A DNA stretch of 61,621 nt, filler included, from Choristocarpus tenellus KU-1152 (GCA_964200185.2; 11 parts of 11 records of this genome joined end to end with filler, not necessarily neighbours in it); one strand, 5' to 3'. Numbered from the whole stretch's first letter, positions 25,990-37,900 are shown. The notes: generated from the sequence alone by a model not told the origin. A program made the numbers and translations.

Positions 25990-27110
25990 AATTAATATGG
26001 ATATATTAGACGAAAGGTACGCGGTGCTTCACAATCGTTTATGGAACGATTGTGTTCAAGGAGCCGTGAGAATCTCACCTTCTCCCGCGCATATGTAAAC
26101 AAGGGTGGCGATCACGTTGAAGAATTGGATGGAGGTCTGGTCTGTGAGTCTAATCACCCCGGCTTTGATATGTGTGTCCTCCCAAGCTTCTTTAAGGAAT
26201 GCCTTTATCTTGGCAGCTACCCTCCTCCTAATAGCCGTCTGTAACGCGGCGTCGTCACTCCGGAAGTCTACGTCACCTAGACAGTACTGGTTGCACTTGG
26301 TAACCAATGTCGCCATGCGCGTGCGACGACCAGGGTCCTCATCCATTTCATTGACGTAAGGGCGGGACCTGTCGCAACCGAAGTCGCGCCTATACTCCAG
26401 GATAGCAGCGACCTAGGACACCATCCAATGGAATATGTCGAGAATGTTGGGCACATGCGACCTACTGGCCGCCTCACTCTCTCCTATCGAAATAGATTCA
26501 GCCTTTTCGCGGTTGCAGTGCGGATAGATCTTCCATATGAAGCTCCTGTTATCGCCTATCTGGAGGTTCGCTCCGACGTCCGAGGCCCATCGCGTTGTGA
26601 CATGCGGCGGGAGGTTGATGATGCCGCCTGGGATATTTTCCTCGTGCACGACGCAATGGATTGTCTTCAGCACCATTATGCGGTGTGTTGTCCATTCAGG
26701 AAAAATAAGAGGTTGTCGTCGTCATCTATATCCCTCTCGTCTCCATTCTTGTCTACGTCCAGGTTGCCGTTGGTGATGTAGGGTTGCAAGTAGTTCGCCA
26801 TCAGGCACACTAGAGGGCACGTTTGCCCTGTGCATGTCGGCTTTCATTTCGCTTATGGTCTTCGATCTGTAGCACAGGGGAAAAGGCTGTCCACTCAGGA
26901 TACCCACTAGCCTATCGGCAGCGACAACTGGGTCCGGCCCTAGCTTGGAGAACATAGACTCCACTCTATCGGTGTCCAGGAGGTTGGCGTTATACCTCTA
27001 TGTCATGTAGGCAGACGTTGCGAAGTCCATCGTGCAGGTCGCGCTGATGTTGGACGTTACGATGTATGCTTTTGGTATTCTTCATTAGTTTTCGGGCCTC
27101 CGGCCGGCTG
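25990..27110 (-). pseudogene. Decayed transposase-like frame, possibly hAT superfamily
   Basis: About 1.1 kb of coding-like sequence broken by stops and frameshifts (ORFs 26722-26964, 26413-26676, 26056-26346). Includes LPPHVTTRWAS, resembling the hAT TRWxS motif. Preceded by a pyrimidine-rich ...TCTTCACAG acceptor. Confidence 0.45.
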
Positions 27111-27459
27111 TCTGTGAAGACAGAGGGGAAATGTTGGGAAAACGGTATCAACAAAGACCAATAATGTCCACGTAGGGGTGGATGCGACAGTTAGCCAAGC
27201 GCATGAAGGGTGTCTTTATATGAACAGAGTGGTGGACCATGTGATTAATGATGACGTGGGATCTGCACGGAGTGCAGGGTTCGTGTCCATGCGTGGGCTA
27301 TGCAAAGGAGATATGAAAAGAGCGTAGCGATTGTGTGGAAATGGGGATGGTGTAACGCTTTCCTGCCAGCTCGCTATTACCAAGAAATGTGCACCTATTA
27401 ACACGGTCGACTTGGGATGGATACAAAATATGAATAATACGTACAAATATCGGACACAA

Positions 27460-28100
27460 CCTGGTGTGAATTTACGCGCAAATCAAGTTCAGATATAGCA
27501 GGGGCAATCATGCACAGGCTTGCGCTTGACATAGGGCGGGCAATAGTGAGTGCATTTCATGTGTTCTGTCGAACGGTGTAGACGATCGATATTCAAAGCG
27601 CGGCAATACCGTTGCGGTGTGTGTGTGCAGATTTAAAATGGTAATCCTGAGCAGGAACGCATAACGTATAATCTCGAAAGTGAAAGGTGAACATCAAAGG
27701 GATTTATGTGCTGACCCGGGTTAGATGTATGCAGGTCTATCGCACGCAGGTTGCGCTTGACACAAGGCTGATAATAATGAATGAATTTTATGTGTTCTGA
27801 CGAACGGTAAAAGCTATCAAATAAAAACGCGCGGCGAGACGGTCGAGGGTGTGTGTGTCCATTTGAAGTTGTAACAACCCGAGCAGAAAACATAACGTCG
27901 AACCGAGAAAGTGATAGATGAAGATGAAAGGAATTTACGTCTGATTCGGATTGGATGTTGGGAGAGGAATCACGCGCAGATTTGCGCTGACACGAGGCTG
28001 ATAATAATGAATGAATTTTAAGTGTTCTGACGATCGGTAAAGGCCATCAAATTCCGTAGCACGGCCAAAACGGTTCGGGGGTATGTATGTATATTTCCGA
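27460..28100. repeat. Diverged 231-bp tandem repeat, about 2.7 copies
   Basis: TTGCGCT(T)GACA anchors at 27520, 27751 and 27982; GTGTTCTGWCGAWCGGT recurs with the same period. Confidence 0.85.
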
Positions 28101-28439
28101 TTTGAACCTTATCGGAAATGTTCCAATAGTATCGGAGCCCTTACACGCGCGCATCGAAGGTGTTACCACATCATCCTGGACGGACGGATGTCGTGGTGCG
28201 CGAAATTGCATCGTGGAATCTTCCTTCGATTTCGGATCAATTGTCTGAATACGCCCATCAAAAGTGACAGCAACACATGTTATAATTTCCGAAAAAGGTT
28301 CGGTCGAATTCGCTGTAGCCCTTTCGTCTTGGATGGAGACTTTGAATTTATTCTATGACTATATTTTTGATCCGAGGTGAAATCTGTATATTGCGGATTT
28401 GGATAAGTGTTGAAAATGTGGGTTATTTATTTTTCTCGG

Positions 28440-28618
28440 GGGTCAAAGTATCTGAGGGGGAGGTGTCGGCGTCCGTTTTTCATCCTTTTTTGATTTTCAC
28501 TTTTTTGGTGTGATTTGGTCGCACGAGTCGGACTTCAAATGTCAGCAAAAAAAAGAGTTTTTTGACCGAAACGGACGCCCCCTCACAAACCAATCCCACC
28601 CCCCAGATACTTTGACCC
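28440..28618 (+). mobile_element. MITE subfamily A, complete, with TSD
   Basis: Perfect 14-bp TIR GGGTCAAAGTATCT/AGATACTTTGACCC; TCGG duplicated on both flanks. Confidence 0.92.
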
Positions 28619-28654
28619 TCGGGGCTAGGGTTGGTATCATGGGTGCTGGTCGAA

Positions 28655-28900
28655 ATATGTTAGTGGTAGGGCCGCGTTCATTTTATGCGACCGAATTCGA
28701 ATGTTACTTTTTTGCTGTCATTCTTGCCGTTCTTATGTTTTTAATAAGTAAATAACCACATGACAAACCCTCCTTTCCCATAGTGTAGACATTGTACGTC
28801 TCCAAAACATTTTGGGAGCAAAAGTACAAAGTCCTTCAAAAACTGTGGCCAGTGAAGCCCCGAACGGACAGACAGGGAAAACTAGTGCCCTCTAACATAG
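28655..28900 (+). mobile_element. Highly diverged MITE-B-like segment
   Basis: GGTAGGGCCGCGTTCATTT ... CCAAAACATTTTGGGAG ... AAGCCCCGAACGGACAGACAGGGAAAACTAGTGCCCTCTAA follows the order of B motifs, but intact termini are absent. Confidence 0.6.
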
Positions 28901-28902
28901 AG

Positions 28903-29312
28903 CATCGAATCTACAAATGCTGGAATCTCCACTGTGGACAGGTGGTGTGTACACGTTTTGGACCACAAATAATTACAGGGCATGGAATCTACAAATGATG
29001 ATATCACCACCGTGGACAGGTGGTGTGTACACGGTTGGGACCACAAATAATCACAGGGCATGGAATCTAAAAATGGTGATATACACGCATATAATAACCA
29101 CATGACATCGAATATAAAAATGGTGATATCACCACCGTGGACAGGTGGTGTGTACACGGTTGGGACCACAAATAATTACAGGGCATCGAATCCAAAAATG
29201 GTGATATCACCACAATGGACAGGTGGTGTGTACACGGTTGAGACCACGAATAATTACAGGGCATGGAATCTAAAAATGGTGATATCACCACCATGGACAG
29301 GCGGTGGGTACA
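28903..29312. repeat. 78-bp tandem array (4 full and 2 partial units)
   Basis: Units start at 28903, 28981, 29059 (truncated), 29106, 29184 and 29262. Consensus CATGGAATCTAAAAATGGTGATATCACCACCGTGGACAGGTGGTGTGTACACGGTTGGGACCACAAATAATTACAGGG. Confidence 0.95.
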
Positions 29313-29326
29313 GTATCATCTCAGTC

Positions 29327-30040
29327 ACATGCTAATACACGCTACGTTGACGAACGATAGCCGCAACACCCGCCAAAGGTGCGAAATCGTGACGGCATGT
29401 TTTCAATGTTGGTCATCCAGAGACGTTCCTGTGTAGGCAGGACGAAGGGCGAACGTTTCTTGTATGGGGGATCACCTTTTGGTTCCCTTTGGAGGCATTG
29501 CGGCTTCAGGTGGCTGTACCAAGCCTCGGAGTTGATCGCGGGATTCCTGCATCGAAGGGGGCACGTTCGAAACGGGACAGAAGGAACAAACAGAAAGAGA
29601 GAGAAAATATTGTGCGCATCGGGTCAGGCTCAGAGAGGATGGAATTAGGCGGTCGGTTCACATCATCCTCCAGCCGTACGCAAACGATCACCTTGCACGA
29701 GGTGGCAGTCTTGTCTTTTTTTACCTTCCGACACGCCCGGTATTCAGCGTAAGGTACGGCGCACAGGGATAGCAACACTCGAGCACGATTCTCATGCAAG
29801 GGATACACGCATATCCTCTCCTGACCGAGAGGGTATGGTCTTGTTCATCTCTTCTTTTTTCGGTTGTATAACAACCGAACCATTGTCCGTACAATAAGAA
29901 CCGTCTTTATTGAATGTTCTACCCTTATTATATAATAGTATATATTTTGCGGTTACGAACAGGCCAGTTGGGGTGTTCGTTCTTCTCGGAGACAAAAACG
30001 GATATCTACTAAACGGGATTTTGCACTCTTGACATATGTC
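29327..30040 (+). mobile_element. Element X block (paralogous to 12290-12900)
   Basis: Shared anchors ACATGCTAATACAYGCTACG, ATCACCTTGCACGA, GCACAGGGATAGCA, AAGGGATACRC and TGACCGAGARRGTATGGTCTT. Confidence 0.75.
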
Positions 30041-30062
30041 TCGAAAATTCTATGCATGACAA

Positions 30063-30088
30063 GGGTCAAAGTATCTGGGAGGGGGTAG
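30063..30088 (+). mobile_element. MITE (A/C type) left end truncated by gap
   Basis: GGGTCAAAGTATCTGGGAGGGGG at the contig end. Confidence 0.7.
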
Positions 30089-30354
30089 NNNNNNNNNNNN
30101 NNNNNNNNNNNNNNNNNNNNNNNNNNNNNNNNTTAATTAATTAANNNNNNNNNNNNNNNNNNNNNNNNNNNNNNNNNNNNNNNNNNNNGGGGGGGGGGTG
30201 GGGAAGGGGGGGGGGGGGGGGGGTAGGGGGTACTTCGACCTGTGGAGGGAGGTGGGTGGGGTGTGAGTTTTGGCCTGGGATGTTGTGTGGTGAAAAGAGG
30301 TGGATTCGGGCTGCAGTGGCGTTATTCCAACTCATATACCTGATCATAAAATAG

Positions 30355-30712
30355 AGCTCTTTTGACCCTCATAGTTATAACCTCAACACCTTCGTGGTGG
30401 AATTTTTTGGGCGCCTCAGCAAGCAAGCCGAACGTTGCCTGGATGAGCTAGCTACACATGCAGTAGGGGGGAGAGGAACTGGAGGCTACAGAAGAAAAGG
30501 TGCCGTCAAATCCCGCCTATGCCAGATAGTCTTGGTCACAACGTAAGTAGCCCTATCTGGACGGGTCATGCGTTTTAAGATGGAGTCACCAGGGAGATGG
30601 GCAAGGAGGGGTTTCTTATATTCTTGGAATGCTTCCCTAGCACCTCTGCTTGGGGTGCAGGAATAGGTTTGAGACACAGGAAGGCAGTAGTACAACATAG
30701 ATACGTAGTAGA
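30355..30712 (+). mobile_element. CRE-like (RLE clade) non-LTR retrotransposon 3' fragment
   Basis: Translates SYNLNTFVVEFFGRLSKQAERCLDELATHAVGGRGTGGYRRKGAVKSRLCQIV..., the C-terminal end of a restriction-like endonuclease domain. Four copies in the window. Confidence 0.8.
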
Positions 30713-33700
30713 ATTCGAACTGGTTTTACCAGATCCTGATATACCTACTCAAACTGATACCACCAGGCTCTGAAATATCATTAGAAGATATGGGACCTTT
30801 ACTAAATTTAGGACTCGGATTACATCAGATAATGATATATCCGTCCAGGTTAAGACTCATAATGCTAGTACTTGCGCTGAGGATGTGATATGGAGTGATC
30901 TATACTAACTCGGGTCCATACCCGCGCTGTTCAGTACTACTGGAAACCTACAGATCAAATTTAGTTCACACTTGACCTAGTCCTAACTGATGACAGAAAC
31001 AAGAGAATAATAGACAGATCAATCGCTTGGTACCTAACTTATTCAACAAGCAGAGAAATGTCGTAACAGACTCGGACCTGCGACATACTTGAGTTGTTGA
31101 TACTGACGGAGTTTTATTTCCCTAAATCTTGTTGACTGGAAGAAAGTAAGTATATGTTGTGACTTGAAGGTCGGAGATTGTATATTTAAGTTGACGTTGG
31201 AAAAAAGTTGGAACATATCAAGAGAGCTGCTAGGAAGTACAACAACAGGGAAGCAGAGGGGTCATTGGTTCTTGAGGAGAGGAGGAGGGTGAGCGAAGGA
31301 AAAGTCTTGGTATTGAGTTAATTCCCCACCCATCCCTCTTTTTCCTTGTTGGCATGTTCATGATTGAGAAGAGAAGGGAGACACTATCTGTCAATACACA
31401 ATTGACTGTGGTTGTTTTGATGGAAGGGGCATGGACAGGTTACTGATCTCCAAGTAGGGAGTAACCGTGTTGTGGCCTTTCTCCAAAGGTGGGAGCAGAT
31501 TTGGTGAGCAAGTGTTCGAATCACGTGCAGCACCCTGGGTCTCTCGTCGGGGCAACTGGGGCATATTTATAATTCAGTTTAGTGAACAAAAAAAAAGGTA
31601 CTTCATCGATTGAGTAGATTAAGGTAAACACACAAAATTATATGAGGATAATGAATTCAAAAAATGGAAAACTTGATGGTTTCATGGTATTTACTTGCGA
31701 TGAATAGTGTCAACATGTCATAGAGACTTAGTCACAATTGCCGTTCAACGAACAAAACAGTCAACGTCGTCAACTTGTAACTCCCACACACTAACATACG
31801 ATCAAAACACAACCATGTTCTCGTGGTAATCTCTGTAACACATCGACAATGTCGTTGTTTTGGTCTATCTTATCCTCTCACTCCATACACATCGGTTTCA
31901 TATGAAGGGAGGGTACACTCACTTATTTTGAAATGGTCTGACTCCGGAACACTATCAAAGGGTTTGTTAAAGAAATTGATGTTCCCAAGACTTGTGTATG
32001 TAAATGAACTCGATTAATTCATTCCTTTTTTTGTAGAAGAGGCTGTAGACGAAGTAAGGAAGGTCAAAGAACAGCCGATTCAAAAATTCATTTAAAAAAA
32101 AAACATATCGACACTTTTTCCCAGTCGATTTTGGGTCAAGCCCATCCTCAATGAAAAGCTCCATCCTCAATTTTTGAAATCGGCTGTTAAAGGAGGAGTG
32201 AGCATGCAAGGCCAAAAGAGGGGGGTTGTCGTCACCAAATCGATCCTATTATCAGAATAACTAATCACATATTACTTCCTACAATGCTTCCTATTCCTGA
32301 ATTCCTCCATAATCTACTTCTTGAACCCAAACATACCTTCTCTTCTTCATAACACATTCTCTCTTCATCCTTATTATATTGTTTCTTCTACAGATTCTTC
32401 TTTTACGCATGATGAATAAAACAACCTCTCGCCTTTGTGATCCACCCACTCTACTTTGTATTCAACTTCACACCCAAACAGATTGATTTTATTTACAGGT
32501 CCATATGCTCGCGCGTCAAAAACACACGCGCAACAACTCAAACGGCTCTCCAATCCTCTCGAAAAGCTGGTCCAGGACAGATTTAAAATATCTCGATTGA
32601 CTTCGCAATTAGATGTAAGTATATAACAGAAACGGTTGACCTTCCTTCATGTCTCACGTTTTAAAATTATTCCTGACCTATCTCTTCCGATATTTATCGT
32701 ATAAATAACTTGATCGTAGTATAGACTATAATTACTTTTGTAGTAGTTACGAGTGGTACCACAATCCCCACATGACTGGATAGCCCCGCGTTGGGGGTTG
32801 ACTGTGTCATTTCCATGTAATTTACATACATCCTTGTTTGAGCACCTAAAAAACAAGAAAAATGTAAGACTTGTAACATGGTGGAGTATATATATAGACC
32901 ATTCTATACTACCACACCTGACTAAGAGTAATACACTCACACGTAACTGGCAGCAAGGGGATTCTTCCAAGCTTCTTGTAATACATTGTACAGAAGATAC
33001 AGTATTAGCTTTATCATTATGTATTGTCACAATTTACCCTGGCTCCTTTCCCCTCATACAGAGCACTGCCAAGCCATGATTCACTTTTGTTCACCTAGTC
33101 ATCAAGGAAACCACAAACAATTGGAAGAGATTTTACAGGTTCCATACTGTTTCAATCTAATGATACTGCAACTAGATAGGAGAAGAGTGCTTACTATTCA
33201 ATGCAACCAACAGCCAACTGTATTATGAACAACACAGGCCACAGTAGTTGCAACTCAATGTCTACCACTTGCTGGAATATCAACATTACGATATGTTCTA
33301 TATTAGTAGCATGCTGTTGCAACAAAAAAATAACACCACTACAGTTTCAACATTCTTCTTATTATGATCAGTCTTACACGAATTAACACATAGTACACAC
33401 ACTAAGGTGATCACTCTCACAATGGGCGTTACACCCAATCCAAATCATACCTGTAATATTGCACAGAGACTTCCTAGCTAAATGCCTCAATTCAAAATCA
33501 CCCCTAAAATTGAAGAAGTATGATTCATTGACTACAAATATGTAACTTTACCTTTTATCTGATTTTGAGAGAGACCACAAATTCTCAGACTTCATCATAT
33601 TGAGCAACTCTAATCTCCTTAGGACATCTTCCAAGGAAGGAGTGCTTGTCATGAACTCTGTCAGCTACTTTACGGATGCCTACCTGAACCACCAGCTCTT

Positions 33701-34908
33701 GCATGGATTTCCTATCTTCTTATTGAACTGATCAGATAATCAGTATATTATGTACGTGAGAAAGGGGGTGATCAGTGAAGACCTAAATGCAGCTTCCCAT
33801 TACGTAACCTTCAATTTATCATCGTCATGTAGGAAATAAGTGAAGGATCCAGACAAAGTGATAATCAGAATGTCTGATGACATATCCTTCTCAACTCAAA
33901 TCATTTCTTGCCTTCAAAATTTGTTAATTAAACAAATCAAAGGTCAGAGAGGCAGATCAACTACCGTATACACTCAACCTGACATCTCAAAGAGCCAACA
34001 TCAAACTCTGATCACATCAAGATGCAGTCATCACGCCTTTCCTTTTTGTCACATCACATGTACCCATAACCCCTATGTGTTTCCAACAAACCCACTCTTA
34101 CCACTCGTGGATTGCTTCTTCCTACCTTTCATTGTAAAAAGAAAAATGCACACAACATGCCAAATCCAATCCTTTCTTGATTCAATCTCTTTGGTGTACA
34201 GCTTCAATCTGTACACATGTATGCCACCAGACAGACACAGACAGACAAAAATATTGTGAAACTTCCATCCCTTCTCCATTGGCACTTCAATCACCTTCAA
34301 CAATTTTGATGCCATAATTATGAAGACTAACAACTTGACGATATCACTGAATCTAGTCATGCAATTGACTCTCTAAACTTCTCATATTGTTGATCACGCC
34401 AATGACCCCAACCCAAATCACATTCATCAATAAAGTAGGCCACCAATTATTTTACACTATGAGCAGAGGCTTCACCCATACCCAATGATCATGAAAGACA
34501 AAGCACCACTCTCACATCTTCACTACAATAAAAAGAAGCCCTGGTGGGTGCCTCTTACCCCCCCCCCCTCACTCTCTCCCACTTGGTTCCCTTTTCATTA
34601 CTTTTCCTCTTCATCCAGTCTTGGATTCAATCATTAGTCGCTCAATTTCCTCCCTTATCATACTAGCACTGAAAAGCAACAACCAATTATGAGGTATCCA
34701 ATCATCAAGCACCACACCACACCGTACATACACCAAATGCCACAAACCGTAATCTCATGTAATCATTGCAATGCCCCACAGTGATTTAATCCCCATTATG
34801 TACCATCTCAACCATCTCTCAACCATCGCAAGCGGCAAGTCACTACAACCACCTTTCTTTCCCCCATACTTGTCACATTAGTCACCAAACAAACATATCC
34901 CCACATTT

Positions 34909-37900
34909 TTATTCATCTTTCTCCTCGCCTGTAACACCTTCATCCCCATCATCATCCCCATCTCCCTCCTCGTCCACTTCTGCTTCTCCATCCCCTTCTT
35001 CCTCCTCCTCCTCCTCCTCTTCATCTGCATCCTGGGCATCATCATCCCCATCTTCTTCCCCCCTCTCAACCTCATCCTCCTCCTCCTCCTTCCCCTCTCC
35101 CCCTGGGTCTTCTTCATCCATCTTGTCACCATTGGCCTCCTTCTCATCCTTGTCTGCACCCTTATATGAGTCGCAGTCTCCATCTTGATGGTTAAGGTCA
35201 TTCCTTCCTCTCGACCCTGACCTGGACTGGTCTCGATCCCTTCCACTAGACCTGTCATCTCTGTCCCTGACACACCCGACAACCAAAACAAATGTAGACA
35301 CGCCATCCATGTTGGAGGTCAACAGCAAGAAGGTGTTTTGAATTTGAAGATACAAACCAGGCAGGGGTTTGATTGGGTGCATGAGATACTATGCTGAATG
35401 TCTTCTTCACCCTACTCATTTGAATCTGCTTGTCAATCTATATATATAGTCCTACAGAGAAAAAACTAGGACCACTCCTGTGAATATCAATCTATCATTG
35501 GATATAGGCATCTCTCAATCATGCTAGCAAAGAGATTGAAGAATGGAACATTAGGAGTGTCACGCAATTCAGCAATTCCAAAAAATTTGAAAAGACCTCA
35601 CGATGTCATGACCTCACAGTACCTCAGCAAAGAAAAAACAGAAACAAAACAAAACCGGGACAAATGTGAACAAAAATAACATACATACCATACATCCCAA
35701 CACATACCACTTCTGACCAAAATTGAACACAACAAGAGCAATCCCACACAACTCAAGTCCATCCCCCATCATGACATTGAAAGTAAGCTGAGACTGTTAC
35801 TGTAAACGCACAACCTGCGGGGTGGGCTGCGACTGCGGCTGCGGCTCCGAGAGCGGTCACGGCGTCCCCTACTCCTGCTACGACTGAAAGAACGGTGGCG
35901 GTCAGGGCTCCTGCGCCTGTCACGACCCCTTGAGTCACTATGCCCACGTTTCCGGGGAGGAGTCCTGACAGACAGACAAATAGAAACAAAAAAAACATTT
36001 TTTCTTCTTCAATTTCTTTTGATGCATCAAACTACACAACAAGCTGAAACATTCTGACAAGAGCAACTAAGTTTCAAGACCAGCCAACCACATAGTTTTT
36101 TCACAAAATTCGTAGAGCACAATACACACACACACATCAGTTTTCTATAGTATATTACCACTATCGCCACATTAGATATTGTAACACAACTGAAAGCAGA
36201 AACCAACAAAGGACAAAAGAATCGTGCAAAAAAAAATTCAAAACGATTGATTTGTTACATACACAACATGCACAGTCAAAAGAAAAAAAAGGGCCACAGA
36301 GCACGGAAAAGCAGTCCCACCACACCACAGAGCCCTTCGTAGCCTGACCTGGAGCGCGACCGACTGTCACGGCGCCGAGGAGGAGGAGACCTCGATCTCG
36401 ACCTTCCTCGCCCCCCCCTGCCCCTGGACCGGGACCATGAGCGTCCACTTCTGTACGATTCCACTCTAGCTTCCTCCCTCTCCTTGACAACCATCTCATC
36501 CGGGCGCTTGCGTTTTTCCTGTCAAGGGAGAGATAGTAAGGTTTAGGGCTAGGGTTAGGATTAGTACGGGACGGTTATGTATCTGTAATGGGAGTGGATC
36601 TGTCTTAGTGTTGAAAGCTACATAAAGATTGACATGGGGGTACTGTTGTAAAAAAGGTTTAGTGTAGTATGGAGAGGCAGGGCATGTGCATGTACAGGAT
36701 GAGTCAGTTGTCTATTCATATCTATGTAAAGTTTGATCACAGGGCCATCAGACATTCGACAATACTTCTGATATTGTATCAACTGAATAAGTACACTGAA
36801 TCAATCAATAAATTGACAGGAGTGAGGTAGTCTTGTCTGAAACAATAATAATAAAGAAAAAACAAAAAAGTAAAATATTGATACAAGAAGCCTCTTGCAT
36901 AGAAAATGCTGGGAGGTTGCACCGTAAAAGCCTTCCAAAAATATACTATGCAGATCCTTAGGTCATACTTCTTTAGAGGAAAAAAGTATTCCAACCTGGG
37001 CATATAGAACAGCTATATTCCGTCCATCCAAATTATATCCATCCAGTCTGTCCTTGGCATCTGCTGCATCCCTTGGATCATAGAACTGCAAACAGTGCAT
37101 CAAGTATTAAACAGGGAAGGCGGGAAGTGGAAAAGAAAAGACATCGTCAGATGATATATTATTCCTTCTTTGTATCGAAAAGGTTAAATGTTCATGGTCG
37201 GTTTATACAATTGGCTTCCTACTGCCCCTCCTTAACTAGTGGTGGGGGGGGGGGGAAGAGACCAATGAAGACCACTGCCCAAAATACGTACCTAAGCGGG
37301 ATAATGACCGATCACAGCTGAGATACCAGAAGCAACACCTGAGGTATCAGTATGGGAACAAAAGGGGACACACCCACTACAAGCTACTGTCTTCTGAACT
37401 CCTTAAAATGTAAATGAGCACTTGCCACGAAAACATATCCAACAGAATATCAACAATGGGGTGGTCCTTCAAGTCTGCCAAAGAGATGTTTGAATGGTCT
37501 ATTTGTCAGTTGTTGAAGATAATCTGTTAGTGTATACTGTATATTAGTTGAACGTATTACATTAATCATTGGATGTATCTGTTATTGCTGATAATAAATA
37601 GTGCCAAGCCTACCCTCTGTCGCCTGTACCTTGCCCACCCACCCGGGTGTCACAATGATGAAGAAAAATACCCTAACCCTAAGATGCGTAACAACTCCAG
37701 AAATACTCCTGGTAACAACCTATCTTTGCCAAGAACCTGCCCTGTCAATGAGTTGTCCCTCCACAAAGCTCCTCATCCACTCGTCAATTCACAGATCACA
37801 ACTCCAACGCTCATCCACTCATATCGGTAGCCCAATGCTCACTTAAGAAAAGAAACACCAAACTTTCCACTGTTGCATCATTTTTGTCTCAAACAGTTGA

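Noticed and set aside
28903-29312. CRISPR array
   Set aside because: Units are contiguous near-identical 78-mers without unique spacers (one exception), there are no cas genes, and the context is eukaryotic.
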